DNA from: Eledone cirrhosa
Lineage: Eukaryota
Assembly: GCA_964016885.1 (NCBI GenBank)
Contig: OZ024754.1
Coordinates: forward strand, 19,282,001-19,346,000
DNA length: 64,000 nt
Reading direction: 5' to 3'
Shown in pieces: positions 37,482 to 50,700 of the stretch (position 1 is its first letter; every line of letters begins with the position of its first letter). Below the pieces are notes generated by a model, which saw only the letters and a program-made list of their open reading frames with translations, was not told the DNA's origin and ran no database searches. The position numbers and the translations under genes are program-made.

Positions 37482-37543
37482 TTTTATCTGACGAGGACGT
37501 ACTGAAAAAACAGCACAGTACCTTCGAAATATATATAATAAAA
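37482..37543 (+). ncRNA. Type I minimal HHR, same family as 39391-39457
   Basis: ttttat-CTGACGA-ggacgtactg..cagtaccttc-GAAA-tatata-TA-ataaaa. Confidence 0.8.
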
Positions 37544-37589
37544 CATATGTTGATTATGTGAATGTCTTCATTTATTAATATTCTTAATA

Positions 37590-37776
37590 ATAATTGTTTC
37601 TACGTTTGGCACAAGGCCAGCAATTACCCAGTGCATTACTGGTACTTTATTTTATCGACCCCGTAAGGATAAAAGGCAAAGTTAACCTCGGCGGAATTTG
37701 AACTCAGAATGGCAAGGACCGTAACTCTATACGTCAAAGCATGGCGTCCGACCCTCTACCGATACTGCCAATCCAT
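37590..37776 (-). mobile_element. Octopus-type SINE
   Basis: Reverse complement of the SINE consensus. Confidence 0.88.
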
Positions 37777-37854
37777 AACGAAGGAAGTGTGGTAAGGAAC
37801 CAGATGGACCATAACGCACCAGAGTACTCAATACCTAGGGTAGTAGAGTGGGTA

Positions 37855-37954
37855 ATAGGAAAATGTTTGACCCCGACGGCAGAGCTCAAGCTGGTCCAGA
37901 AATAGCCGCCGAAACGGCTTGAGCTCTGCCGTCGGGGGTCAAACATTTTCCTAT
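37855..37954. repeat. GC-rich hairpin, ~37-bp stem with a ~25-nt loop
   Basis: ataggaaaatgtttgaccccgacggcagagctcaagc pairs with gcttgagctctgccgtcgggggtcaaacattttcctat. Confidence 0.85.
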
Positions 37955-37982
37955 ATATATATATATTGTATATATATATATC

Positions 37983-38059
<77 letters not shown>

Positions 38060-38191
38060 CATACTATATGGTGCCCCAGCATGGCTTCAGCCGGATGGCT
38101 GGATCAGGTAAAAGAGTAAAAGAGTATATATATATCGTAGTATGTATCGTATATATATATATATCGTATGTATGTATATATATATATATAT

Positions 38192-39020
38192 ATCATCATC
38201 ATCATCATCATCATTTTACGTCCGCTTTTCCCTGCTTGCAAGGGTGGGACGGGTCCTATTCAGCACAGCATCTCTCCACTTGTCAAGGTCCTTCGTCATC
38301 TCCTCGGTGAGTTTCAGCGATCTGAGGTCTGCTCTCACCACCTCCGCCCATGTTTTTCGTGGTCTTCCTCTACTACGTCTTTCTTCTACTGGGATTTCTT
38401 GGCACTTGTTTACCCAGCGGTCATCCTCCATACGCATCACATGTCCATACCATCTCAGTCTTCTCTCCTGCACACCACAACTTATCCCTCTTATACACAG
38501 TTTCTTTCACAACTCGTTCACGCACATTGACATTGCACATCCAGCGGAGCATGCTTGCTTCATTTCTACCCAGCCGTCGCATATCCTCTGCAGTTGCTGC
38601 CCATATCTCACTACAATGCAGCATCGCGCATCTCACACAGGCATCATATAACCGTCCTTTCGTTGTCAACAGAGGAAGCAGCTCCCTAAACTTCTTCCTA
38701 GGGAGAACTATGGCCTAGGAATCCCCCCTCCCCCCGTCCCATGCTAATCTGATCACTAGGTACCGGAAGCTATCAACCACTTCTATAGAACCCATCTGCG
38801 TTGGAAAAATGTGTCTATCACTGCGATTACTACTGCCAACTTTCCCTGTACATCTACTGCATACATAGTTTTCCCTACCTGTTAGTCTGCCTGCTGTCCC
38901 ACTACATCTCTTGTGTACCCAAGATCTGCATTGCGTATATTTTATGCAATATATGCCAGTTCCTTATCTACATATCGAACATGGCCATTTCCCCGATGGA
39001 ATCAGAATATAGTCCTCTCT
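38192..39020 (-). pseudogene. RTE LINE 3' fragment with a (GAT)n tail
   Basis: EVVDSFRYL, KGRLYDACVR.AMLH.SE.W, RRLRWYGHVMRM..RSRGRPRKTW; (atc)n at 38192-38213. Confidence 0.9.
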
Positions 39021-39092
39021 TCATGTATATATATATATAATATATATATATATATAATATATATATATAATATATATATATATATATAATAT

Positions 39093-39720
<628 letters not shown>

Positions 39721-40124
39721 TGAATTTTTTAAAATTCATTTTGAAACTTTTTCTTATTTGCTAAACCTTGATTAAATATGTTCTGGCTCGTTAATTTATT
39801 AACCTGCCATTGAACCACATTGGCATATGGTTGGACAATACGTGTCCCTAGACGCTTTTTGCGTGTAGGGATATATACTTTATTATTATTATCCTCCTCT
39901 TGATCGAGATAAAATTTGGCCGTTCTAACTGCTGCTATTTATAGTGGTTGTAGACTGACCTCCCTGCCTCTGCTTCTATCTTTACACACGGCACTGGACA
40001 GAATTGTTTCCACATCATTCATTCTCATCTCGGGAACAATTTTGAATAGCGCCAGTTCGTAATTTGAACTCGGGAATTTTATATTCTCCGAGTGAAAAGA
40101 ACCTTCTGACGAGAGTTTATCTTT

Positions 40125-40740
40125 TCAATGGAAGGCCGCAAGGACTGTCCATTTATGAACACTGGCGAGAGCTTCAAGATAGAAAAGAATCATCAGTACT
40201 CCACAACATAATAAAATAGAACATAAGGGCAAATTAGAGAACATAGATATAAAAATAAAATCTACACACAGAAAAGACGCAATGTTTAGAGAAATCACAG
40301 AGGCAATAAAGATAAATGAACTCCAACCAAAATTAAATAGAAAACATGAATGGAATAGCAACATTACAACTTACAATTAAGGACAAAATGAAAACACACA
40401 CACACATAGAACAAACAACCAGCCAGTAACATGTAAATAAACAAATAAATAAACAAATAAATAAACAAATAAAAACGCACACAGACACCCGGATGTAACA
40501 CATGCGCAAACTAAGCACACAACACACACGAAAACAAGATGGCGTAGGACAGAACAAAGGAGAGGCACAAAAACAAAGAAAAGAATCCCCAGTCACTGAA
40601 GAGGTCACAGAATGTGTGACGAAAGAACTTTGACAATATATGAACAATCGTCTGGTTGTGGAACCAACCAACCGGAAATTTATAAATTCTTAAATTTATG
40701 AATTTAATTTATAATAAATTGAAGTGAAACAACTGGTGCG
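40125..40740 (+). mobile_element. PLE 3' remnant: GIY-YIG C-terminus plus UTR with an HHR-like motif at 40592-40634
   Basis: YEHWRELQDRKESSVLH/QHNKIEH..FREITEAIKINELQPKLNRKHEWN* (one frameshift), then gtca-CTGAAGA-ggtcaca..tgtgac-GAAA-gaac-TT-tgac. Confidence 0.7.
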
Positions 40741-40958
40741 TGTGTTTCTTATTAGCAACATGACCCTTCCAAAGTATAACAATATATATATATATATATG
40801 TGAGAAAAACCACAGACCCTCAGATGTGAGAAAAACCACAGACCCTCCATCTCAACTCTACTTTTGAAAAGCAGAAACCGGTAAAGGAACCAAATAAATA
40901 TATATATATTTTTTTAAATAAGACTCCAGTTGCATTTTCGATTTCATCTTTTTTTCTT

Positions 40959-41026
<68 letters not shown>

Positions 41027-41231
41027 TACATATATATATAGAGGAAGTTATAGTTCACTAGAAGCATTGTGTAATGAGGTATAAACGTTTGTATTATATA
41101 TATGTAAATGTACATATAATATATATATATATACATATGATATATATAAATATACATATATATATATATAAATATACACCTATATATATATGATATATAT
41201 AAATATACATATAGTATATATATACAATATA

Positions 41232-41393
41232 TATATAATATATATATAATATTATATATCTATATATATATGATATATATATATCATATGTATGTATGGA
41301 TATATATATATATATATATATATATCCATACATACATATGATATATATATATCATATATATATAGATATATAATATTATATATATATTATATA
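41232..41393. repeat. Near-perfect AT-rich palindrome centred at ~41312
   Basis: ..tatcatatgtatgtatgga(ta)n tccatacatacatatgata.. Confidence 0.85.
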
Positions 41394-41475
41394 AGGTTGG
41401 CACCATTAACTCACGGTTGGATGTGGATGCATTCATGTATATGTGTGTGTCCGCATGTATCTGTGTGTTTCTAAA

Positions 41476-41502
<27 letters not shown>

Positions 41503-41506
<4 letters not shown>

Positions 41507-41945
41507 GTAGTGGTACCCAGCATTGCACGGGATAAGGTATTTTGGAACGCGGCCTGCCAACAGACCTAATCGTGGAAAAACTGCATGCCTGCACAATAAG
41601 TAAAGAAAATAAACCGAATACTCTGATGGCTGGATAATCTTTGAGATTTTCCTTGATGAAGAAGGAAAAATGCAGGTTTTCACCTAATGCGGGCCCTAGG
41701 GGATCAAGAAAATGAATTTGTTTCATGCGCATAATATGCCTTGAAATTTCGGGAAAATCGGCTAGACGTAACGCCTCCAAAAAGCCCTAAAAAGCTGAAA
41801 AAATGAAGTTTTTCACCTAATGCGGGCCCTAGGCCATAAGAAAGTTGGACTTTCTTTGCTCACGGTGTGAAGAAGAGACTGATTAATACATAGTTACAAT
41901 TTCAAGGAAATCGGTCTGACGTAACCCCTCAAAACACCCCTAAAA

Positions 41946-41950
<5 letters not shown>
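41503..41950 (-). mobile_element. Non-autonomous Helitron-like element
   Basis: Plus strand starts actag..gtacccagcattgcacggg (hairpin plus CTAG on the minus strand); aatttcaaggaaatcggt near the other end; flanked by (TA)n; internal ~35-bp direct repeat at 41666 and 41799. Confidence 0.6.
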
Positions 41951-42000
<50 letters not shown>

Positions 42001-42018
42001 TATGTATATATATATATA

Positions 42019-42063
<45 letters not shown>

Positions 42064-42087
42064 TTATATCTATCATATGTATATATA

Positions 42088-42157
<70 letters not shown>

Positions 42158-42173
42158 GATGTATATATATATG

Positions 42174-42204
<31 letters not shown>

Positions 42205-42564
42205 GTATATATATATATGTGTGTGTGTGTATGTACATGTATATATATATATATGTATATATATATATGTATATATATATATGTATATATATATATGTAT
42301 ATATATGTGTATATACATGTATATATATATATGTATATATATATATGTAAATATATATATATATATATATATGTACATATATATATATATGTACATATAT
42401 ATATATGTGTGTGTCTATGTATATATATATGTGTGTGTGTATCTATATACATATATATATATAGATACATACATATATACATATATATATGTATATATAT
42501 ACATACATATATACACATACATATATATATATACATATTTACATACATATATACACGTATATAG

Positions 42565-42601
<37 letters not shown>

Positions 42602-43074
42602 AATATACACACATATACATTTACATACATATATATATATTTATTAACGTGCATGTGTGTCTATGTGTATATATATATATATATATACGCGTGTGTGTGT
42701 GTTCATTTCAACGATTGTTTCCCCAACCCCAACCCTTTCTCAATAGCCAACAGGCTGTTCAATGGAATATTTGTATTGTCTGCAAGCAGTAATACATTTC
42801 CATGGTGAAAGGATTTGATTGATGTTATCAAAGAAGGAAACCAATTTGGATAAATATGATTTCGACCCAAAGAAATATTACAGAATTTCTGTTATTAGCC
42901 AGTCAAAATCAGAGATTGAAAAGCCCGAATTTCATTATAGAAATGACTGATTTCTATACATTAATTAACGGTCATTTCACCATCGTATATACAGGGTTGG
43001 TGCTACCAGTAAGACCAACTAGGCAACTGCCTAGGTGTTGGGTCTAAGAGAGGCACATTATTCAACCTTAAAAA

Positions 43075-43472
43075 GGGCCGTGGATTGGCAGTATCGGTAG
43101 AGGGCCGTCGGACGCCATGCTTTGCAGCACAGTTACGTCCCTTTACGGACTGAGTTCAAATCCCGCCGAGGTTAACTTTGCCTTTCATCCTTACGGGGTC
43201 GATAAAATAAAGTACCAGTTATACCCTGGGATAATTGCTGGCCTTGTGCCTAAAATAGAAACAATTATTCAACCTTAAAAGGCGGTGGGTTGGCAGTATC
43301 AGTAGAAGGTCGGACGCCATACTTTGCAGCATATAGTTACAGCCCCCTACGGTCTGAGTTCAAATCCCGCCGAGGTTAACTTTGCCTTTCATCCTTACGG
43401 GGTCGATAAAATAAAGTACCAGTAATACACTGGGTATTTGCTGGCCTTGTGCCAAAAGCTGAAACAATTATT
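43075..43472 (+). mobile_element. Head-to-tail pair of octopus-type SINEs
   Basis: Copies at 43075-43270 and 43281-43472; attattcaaccttaaa occurs before, between and after them. Confidence 0.9.
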
Positions 43473-43534
43473 CAACCTTAAACAATCACACTTCTATACA
43501 AATTTCTACATAATTATGCCGTCATTAAATGAAT

Positions 43535-43697
43535 TTCTGTGGTTAGTGTATTCGGCTCATGATTGTAAGGCCATGAGCTCAATTCCCGGTGGCGCATTGT
43601 GTCCTTGTACAAAACCCTTTATTTCATGTTGCTCCAGTCCACACAGCTGGGAAAAATGAGTTGTAGCTGTAATCGAAGGGCCAGCCGTGTGACATTG
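43535..43697 (+). mobile_element. Second-family tRNA-headed SINE
   Basis: gtggttagtgtattcggctc..gagctcaattcccggtggcgcattgtgtccttg..ctttatttcatgttgctccagtccac. Confidence 0.75.
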
Positions 43698-43890
43698 TAC
43701 AGCTAACCTAGAATGCTAAATACTCAGGTGCACACTATAGAGTTAACCTTGGGTGCTAAATACCCAGGTGCACATTGTAGAGTTAACCAAGGGTGCTAAA
43801 TACTCAAGTACATATTGTAAAACTAACCTAGAGAGTTAAATACCCAGGTGCACATTTTACAGCTAAGCTAAGGTGTTAAATACTCAGACG
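43692..43890. repeat. Small diverged 40-bp tandem array (~5 units)
   Basis: Unit approximately acattgtacagctaacctagggtgctaaatactcaggtgc. Confidence 0.8.
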
Positions 43891-44319
43891 CCAGCTTTAC
43901 ATATATTCTAATATCAGCCTGTTGATGGTCATGAAGAGGGTGACGAAGCAACGACAACGATGTCAACAATTTTCTTCACAGAAAGCCATAGTTGATATAA
44001 TGGATACACGTATATTACTGGTGCAAAAATGTATCAATTTGAAGGGAAATAAAATATAAACTCCAACTAAATACTATCAAATATTTACTCTTGTATTCTT
44101 ATTGCAGCCAATATTCACAGTTCTCAATAAAAAAATGTAGAGGGTGCTTAACTTCTGAAGGAGTTCAAGGTATACTGTCATGAAAGATGGCGTGTCTTGG
44201 GCATTTTAAACTGAGCAAAGCCCATTCCTCTCTTGGTAAGAAAACACCTGATTTTTAAACAGAGAGAAGAGAGTGGGGAAAAGGGGAAATTGATTCTAAT
44301 ACGGAACTATTATTTTATC

Positions 44320-44507
44320 GGTGGATTGGCAGTATCGGTGGAGAGTCGGATGCCATGCTTTCCAGCATAGTTACGTCCCTTTACGATCTGAGTTCAAATC
44401 CCGCCGAGGTTGACTTTGCCTTTCATCCTTACAGGGTCGATAAAATAAAGTACCAGTAATACACTGGAAAATTGCTGGCCTTGTGCCTAAAGTAGAAACA
44501 ATTATTT
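44320..44507 (+). mobile_element. Octopus-type SINE
   Basis: SINE core; attattttat on both flanks. Confidence 0.88.
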
Positions 44508-44778
44508 TATTCATAGACCTCGAGAAGATGAAAGACAGGATCTGAATTCAGAGAGCAGAGTTCTTTTAAAAAAGGAAAAGGACATGAATGAGAAATTACA
44601 ATTTCATTGCAGAAGAATGGTTTTATCCATTCAAAAACACACATAACACTATTAATCTCCTATTACATTTCTCATCTACTGGTGTCAGTGACCAGGCCAC
44701 AAACAGTGTGATGAAATTGTGGCACCAAGAAATAAATGATGAATTGATATGAACAGATTTTGTAGTTTTTGAATGGTT

Positions 44779-47700
44779 AAAATGACTTTTTCAACACAGT
44801 CTCAGAACAAGTCACTTGCCAGACATGGACAACTGTGGCTAAAATGACTCTTCCATGATATAGTTACTTTAGTTTCAACACAGTCACAGATCAAGTCACT
44901 TGCCAGACATGTACAACTGTGGCTAAAATGACTCTTCCATGATATACTTACATTAGTTTCAACACAGTTTCACATCAAGTCACTTGCCAGACATGTACAA
45001 CTGTGGCTAAAATGATTCTTCCATGATATAGTTACTTTAGTTTCAACACAGTCACAGATCAAGTCACTTACCAGGGATGTACAACTGTGGCTAAAATGAC
45101 TCTTCCATGATATACTTACTTTAGTTTCAACACAGTTTCACATCAAGTCACTTGCCAGACATGTACAACTGTGGCTAAAATGACTCTTCCATGATATAGT
45201 TACTTTAGTTTCAACACAGTCACAGATCAAGTCACTTGCCAGACATGTACAACAGTGGCTAAAATGACTCATCCATGATATACTTACTTTAGTTTCAACA
45301 CAGTCACAGATCAAGTCACTTGCCAGACATGTACAACTATGGCTAAAATGACTCTTCCATGAAATAGTTACTTTAGTTTCAACACAACCTCAGATCAAGT
45401 CACTTGCCAGACATGTACAACTGTAGCTAAAATGAATCTTCCATGATATAGTACTTTAGTTTCAACACTGTCTCAGATCAAGGCACTTGCCAGACATGTA
45501 CAACTGTGGCTAAAATGACTCTTCCATGATATAGTTACTTTAGTTTCAACACAGTCTCAGATCAAGATACTTGTCAGACATGTACAACTGTGGCTAAAAT
45601 GAATCTTCCATTGTATAGTTACTTTAGTTTCAACACAGTCTCAGATCAAGTCACTTGCCAGACATGTACAACTGTGGCTAAAATGACTCTTCCATGATAT
45701 AGTTACTTTAGTTTCAACACAGTCTCAGATCAAGATACTTGTCAGACATGTACAACTGTGGCAAAAATGAATCTTCCATGGTATAGTTACTTTAGTTTCA
45801 ACACAGTCTCGAATCAAGTCACTTGCCAGACAAGTACAACTGTGGCTAAAATGACTCTTCCATGATATAGTTACTTTAGTTTCAACACAATCTCAGATCA
45901 TGTCACTTGCCAGACATGTACAACTGTGGCTAAAATGACTCTTCCATGATATAGTTACTTTAGTTTCAACATTGTCTCAGATCAAGTCACTTGCCAGACA
46001 TGTACAACTGTGGCTAAAATGACTCTTCCATGATATAGTTACTTTAGTTTCAACACAGTCTCAGATCAAGATACTTGTCAGACATGTACAACTGTGGCTA
46101 AAATGAATCTTCCATGGTATAGTTACTTTAGTTTCAACACAGTCTCGAATCAAGTCACTTGCCAGACAAGTACAACTGTGGCTAAAATGAATCTTCCATG
46201 ATATAGTTACTTTAGTTTCAACACAATCTCAGATCATGTCACTTGCCAGACATGTACAACTGTGGCTAAAATGACTCTTCCATGATATAGTTACTTTAGT
46301 TTCAACACAGTCCCAGATAAAGTCACTTTCCAGGCATGTACAACTGTGGCTGAAATGACTCTTCCATGATATAGTTACTTTAGTTTCAACACAGACACAG
46401 ATCAAGTCACTTGCCAGATATGTACAACTGTGGCTAAAATGACTCTTCCATGATATAGTTACTTTAGTTTCAACACAGTCACAGATCAAGTCACTTGCCA
46501 GACATGTACAACTGTGGCTAAAATGACTCTTCCATGATATAGTTACTTTAGTTTCAACACAGTCCCAGATAAAGTCACTTTCCAGGCATGTACAACTGTG
46601 GCTGAAATGACTCTTCCATGATATAGTTACTTTAGTTTCAACACAGTCACAGATCAAGTCACTTGCCAGATATGTACAACTGTGGCTAAAATGACTCTTC
46701 CATGATATAGTTACTTTAGTTTCAACACAGTCACAGATCAAGTCACTTGCCAGACATGTACAACTGTGGCTAAAATGACTCTTCCATGATATAGTTACTT
46801 TAGTTTCAACACAGTCACAGATAAAGTCACTTGCCAGACATGTACAACTGTGGCTAAAATGAATCTTCCATGATATAGTACTTTAGTTTCTACACGGTCT
46901 CAGATCAAGTCACTTGACAGACATGTACAACTGTGGCTAAAATGATTCTTCCATGATATAGTTACTTTAGTTTCAACACAATCTTAGATCAAGTCACTTT
47001 TCAGACATGTACAACTGTGGCTAAAATTACTCTTCCATGATATGGTTACTTTAGTTTAAACACAGTCTCAGATCAAATCACTTTCAAGGCATGTACAACT
47101 GTGGCTGAAATGACTCTTCCATTATATAGTTACATTACTTTCAACACAGTCACAGATCAAGTCACTTTCCAGGCATGTACAACTGTGGCTGAAATGACTC
47201 TTCCATTATATAGTTACTTTAGTTTCAACACAATCCCAGATCAAGTCACTTGCCAGACATATGCAACTGTGGGTAAAATGACTCTTCCATGATATAGTTA
47301 CTTTAGTTTCAACACAATCTCAGATCAAGTCACTTGCCAGACATGTACAACTGTGGCTAAAATGACTCTTCCATGATATAGTTACTTTAGTTTCAACACA
47401 GTCTCAGATCAAGTCACTTGCCAGACATGTACAACTGTGGCTAAAATGACTCTTCCATGATATAGTTACTTTAGTTTGAACACAGTCTTAGATCAAGTCA
47501 CTTGCCAGACATGTACAACTGTGGCTAAAATAACTCTTCCATGATATAGTTACTTTAGTTTCAACACAGCCTCTGATAAAGTCACTTGCCAGACATGTAC
47601 AACTGTGGCTAAAATGACTCTTCCATGATATAGTTACTTTAGTTTCAACACAGTCACAGATCAAGTCACTTGCCAGACATGTACAACTGTGGCTAAAATG

Positions 47701-50700
47701 ACTCTTCCATGATATAGTTACTTTAGTTTCAACACAGTCACAGATAAAGTCACTTGCCAGACATGTACAACTGTGGCTAAAATGAATCTTCCATGATATA
47801 GTACTTTAGTTTCAACACGGTCTCAGATCAAGTCACTTGACAGACATGTACAACTGTGGCTAAAATGACTCTTCCATGATATAGTTACTTTAGTTTCAAC
47901 ACAATCTCAGATCATGTCACTTGCCAGACATGTACAACTGTGGCTAAAATGACTCTTCCATGATATAGTTACTTTAGTTTCAACACAGTCCCAGATCAAG
48001 TCACTTGTCAGAGATGTACAGCTGTGGCTGAAATGACTCTTCCGTGATATAGTTACTTTAGTTTCAACACAGTCACAGATCAAGTCACTTGCCAGATATG
48101 TACAACTGTGGCTAAAATGACTCTTCCATGATATAGTTACTTTAGTTTCAACACAGTCACAGATCAAGTCACTTGCCAGACATGTACAACTGTGGCTAAA
48201 ATGACTCTTCCATGATATAGTTACTTTAGTTTCAACACAGTCCCAGATAAAGTCACTTTCCAGGCATGTACAACTGTGGCTGAAATGACTCTTCCATGAT
48301 ATAGTTACTTTAGTTTCAACACAGTCACAGATCAAGTCACTTGCCAGATATGTACAACTGTGGCTAAAATGACTCTTCCATGATATAGTTACTTTAGTTT
48401 CAACACAGTCACAGATCAAGTCACTTGCCAGACATGTACAACTGTGGCTAAAATGACTCTTCCATGATATAGTTACTTTAGTTTCAACACAGTCACAGAT
48501 CAAGTCACTTGCCAGACATGTACAACTGTGACTAAAATGAATCTTCCATGATATAGTACTTTAGTTTCAACACGGTCTCAGATCAAGTCACTTGACAGAC
48601 ATGTACAACTGTGGCTAAAATGATTCTTCCATGATATAGTTACTTTAGTTTCAACACAATCTTAGATCAAGTCACTTTTCAGACATGTACAACTGTGGCT
48701 AAAATTACTCTTCCATGATATGGTTACTTTAGTTTAAACACAGTCTCAGATCAAGTCACTTTCAAGGCATGTACAACTGTGGCTGAAATGACTCTTCCAT
48801 TATATAGTTACATTACTTTCAACACAGTCACAGATCAAGTCACTTTCCAGGCATGTACAACTGTGGCTGAAATGACTCTTCCATTATATAGTTACTTTAG
48901 TTTCAACACAATCCCAGATCAAGTCACTTGCCAGACATATGCAACTGTGGGTAAAATGACTCTTCCATGATATAGTTACTTTAGTTTCAACACAATCTCA
49001 GATCAAGTCACTTGCCAGACATGTACAACTGTGGCTAAAATGACTCTTCCATGATATAGTTACTTTAGTTTCAACACAGTCTCAGATCAAGTCACTTGCC
49101 AGACATGTACAACTGTGGCTAAAATGACTCTTCCATGACATAGTTACTTTAGTTTGAACACAGTCTTAGATCAAGTCACTTGCCAGACATGTACAACTGT
49201 GGCTAAAATAACTCTTCCATGATATAGTTACTTTAGTTTAAACACAGTCTCAGATCAAGTCACTTTCAAGGCATGTACAACTGTGGCTGAAATGACTCTT
49301 CCATTATATAGTTACATTACTTTCAACACAGTCACAGATCAAGTCACTTTCCAGGCATGTACAACTGTGGCTGAAATGACTCTTCCATTATATAGTTACT
49401 TTAGTTTCAACACAATCCCAGATCAAGTCACTTGCCAGACATATGCAACTGTGGGTAAAATGACTCTTCCATGATATAGTTACTTTAGTTTCAACACAAT
49501 CTCAGATCAAGTCACTTGCCAGACATGTACAACTGTGGCTAAAATGACTCTTCCATGATATAGTTACTTTAGTTTCAACACAGTCTCAGATCAAGTCACT
49601 TGCCAGACATGTACAACTGTGGCTAAAATGACTCTTCCATGATATAGTTACTTTGGTTTGAACACAGTCTTAGATCAAGTCACTTGCCAGACATGTACAA
49701 CTGTGGCTAAAATAACTCTTCCATGATATAGTTACTTTAGTTTCAACACAGCCTCTGATAAAGTCACTTGCCAGACATGTACAACTGTGGCTAAAATGAC
49801 TCTTCCATGATATAGTTACTTTAGTTTCAACACAGTCACAGATCAAGTCACTTGCCAGACATGTACAACTGTGGCTAAAATGACTCTTCCATGATATAGT
49901 TACTTTAGTTTCAACACAGTCACAGATAAAGTCACTTGCCAGACATGTACAACTGTGGCTAAAATGAATCTTCCATGATATAGTACTTTAGTTTCAACAC
50001 GGTCTCAGATCAAGTCACTTGACAGACATGTACAACTGTGGCTAAAATGATTCTTCCATGATATAGTTACTTTAGTTTCAACACAATCTTAGATCAAGTC
50101 ACTTACCAGACATGTACAACTGTGGCTAAAAGGACTCTTTCATGATATAGTTACTTTAGTTTTAACACAATCTCAGATCAAGTCACTTGCCAGACATGTA
50201 CAACTGTTTCTAAAATGATTCTTCCATGATATAGTTACTTTAGTTTCAACACAGTCTCAGATCAATTCACTTACACGACATGTACAACTGTAGCTAAAAT
50301 GAATCTTCCATGATATAGTACTTTAGTTTCAACACAGTCTCAGATCAAGTCACTTGCCAGACATGTACAACTGTGGCTAAAATGACTCTTCCATGATAGA
50401 GTTACTCTAGTTTCAACACAGTCTTAGATCACAGCACTTGCCAGACATGTACAACTGTGGCTAAAATGACTCTTTCATGATATAGTTACTTTAGTTTCAA
50501 CACAGTCACAGATCAAGTCACTTTTCAGACATGTACAACTGTGGCTAAAATTACTCTTCCATGATATAGTTACTTTAGTTTAAACACAGTCTCAGATCAA
50601 GTCACCTTCAAGGCATGTACAACTGTGGCTGAAATGACTCTTCCATTATATAGTTACATTACTTTCAACACAGTCACAGATCAAGTCACTTTCCAGGCAT

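Noticed and set aside
46229-48503. Cys/His-rich repeat protein on the minus strand of the 84-bp satellite, with a TGA/TGT/TGG toggle suggesting selenocysteine or A-to-I read-through
   Set aside because: One stop per 28 codons is expected by chance. Other units have TAA at that site, and 83-bp units shift the frame.
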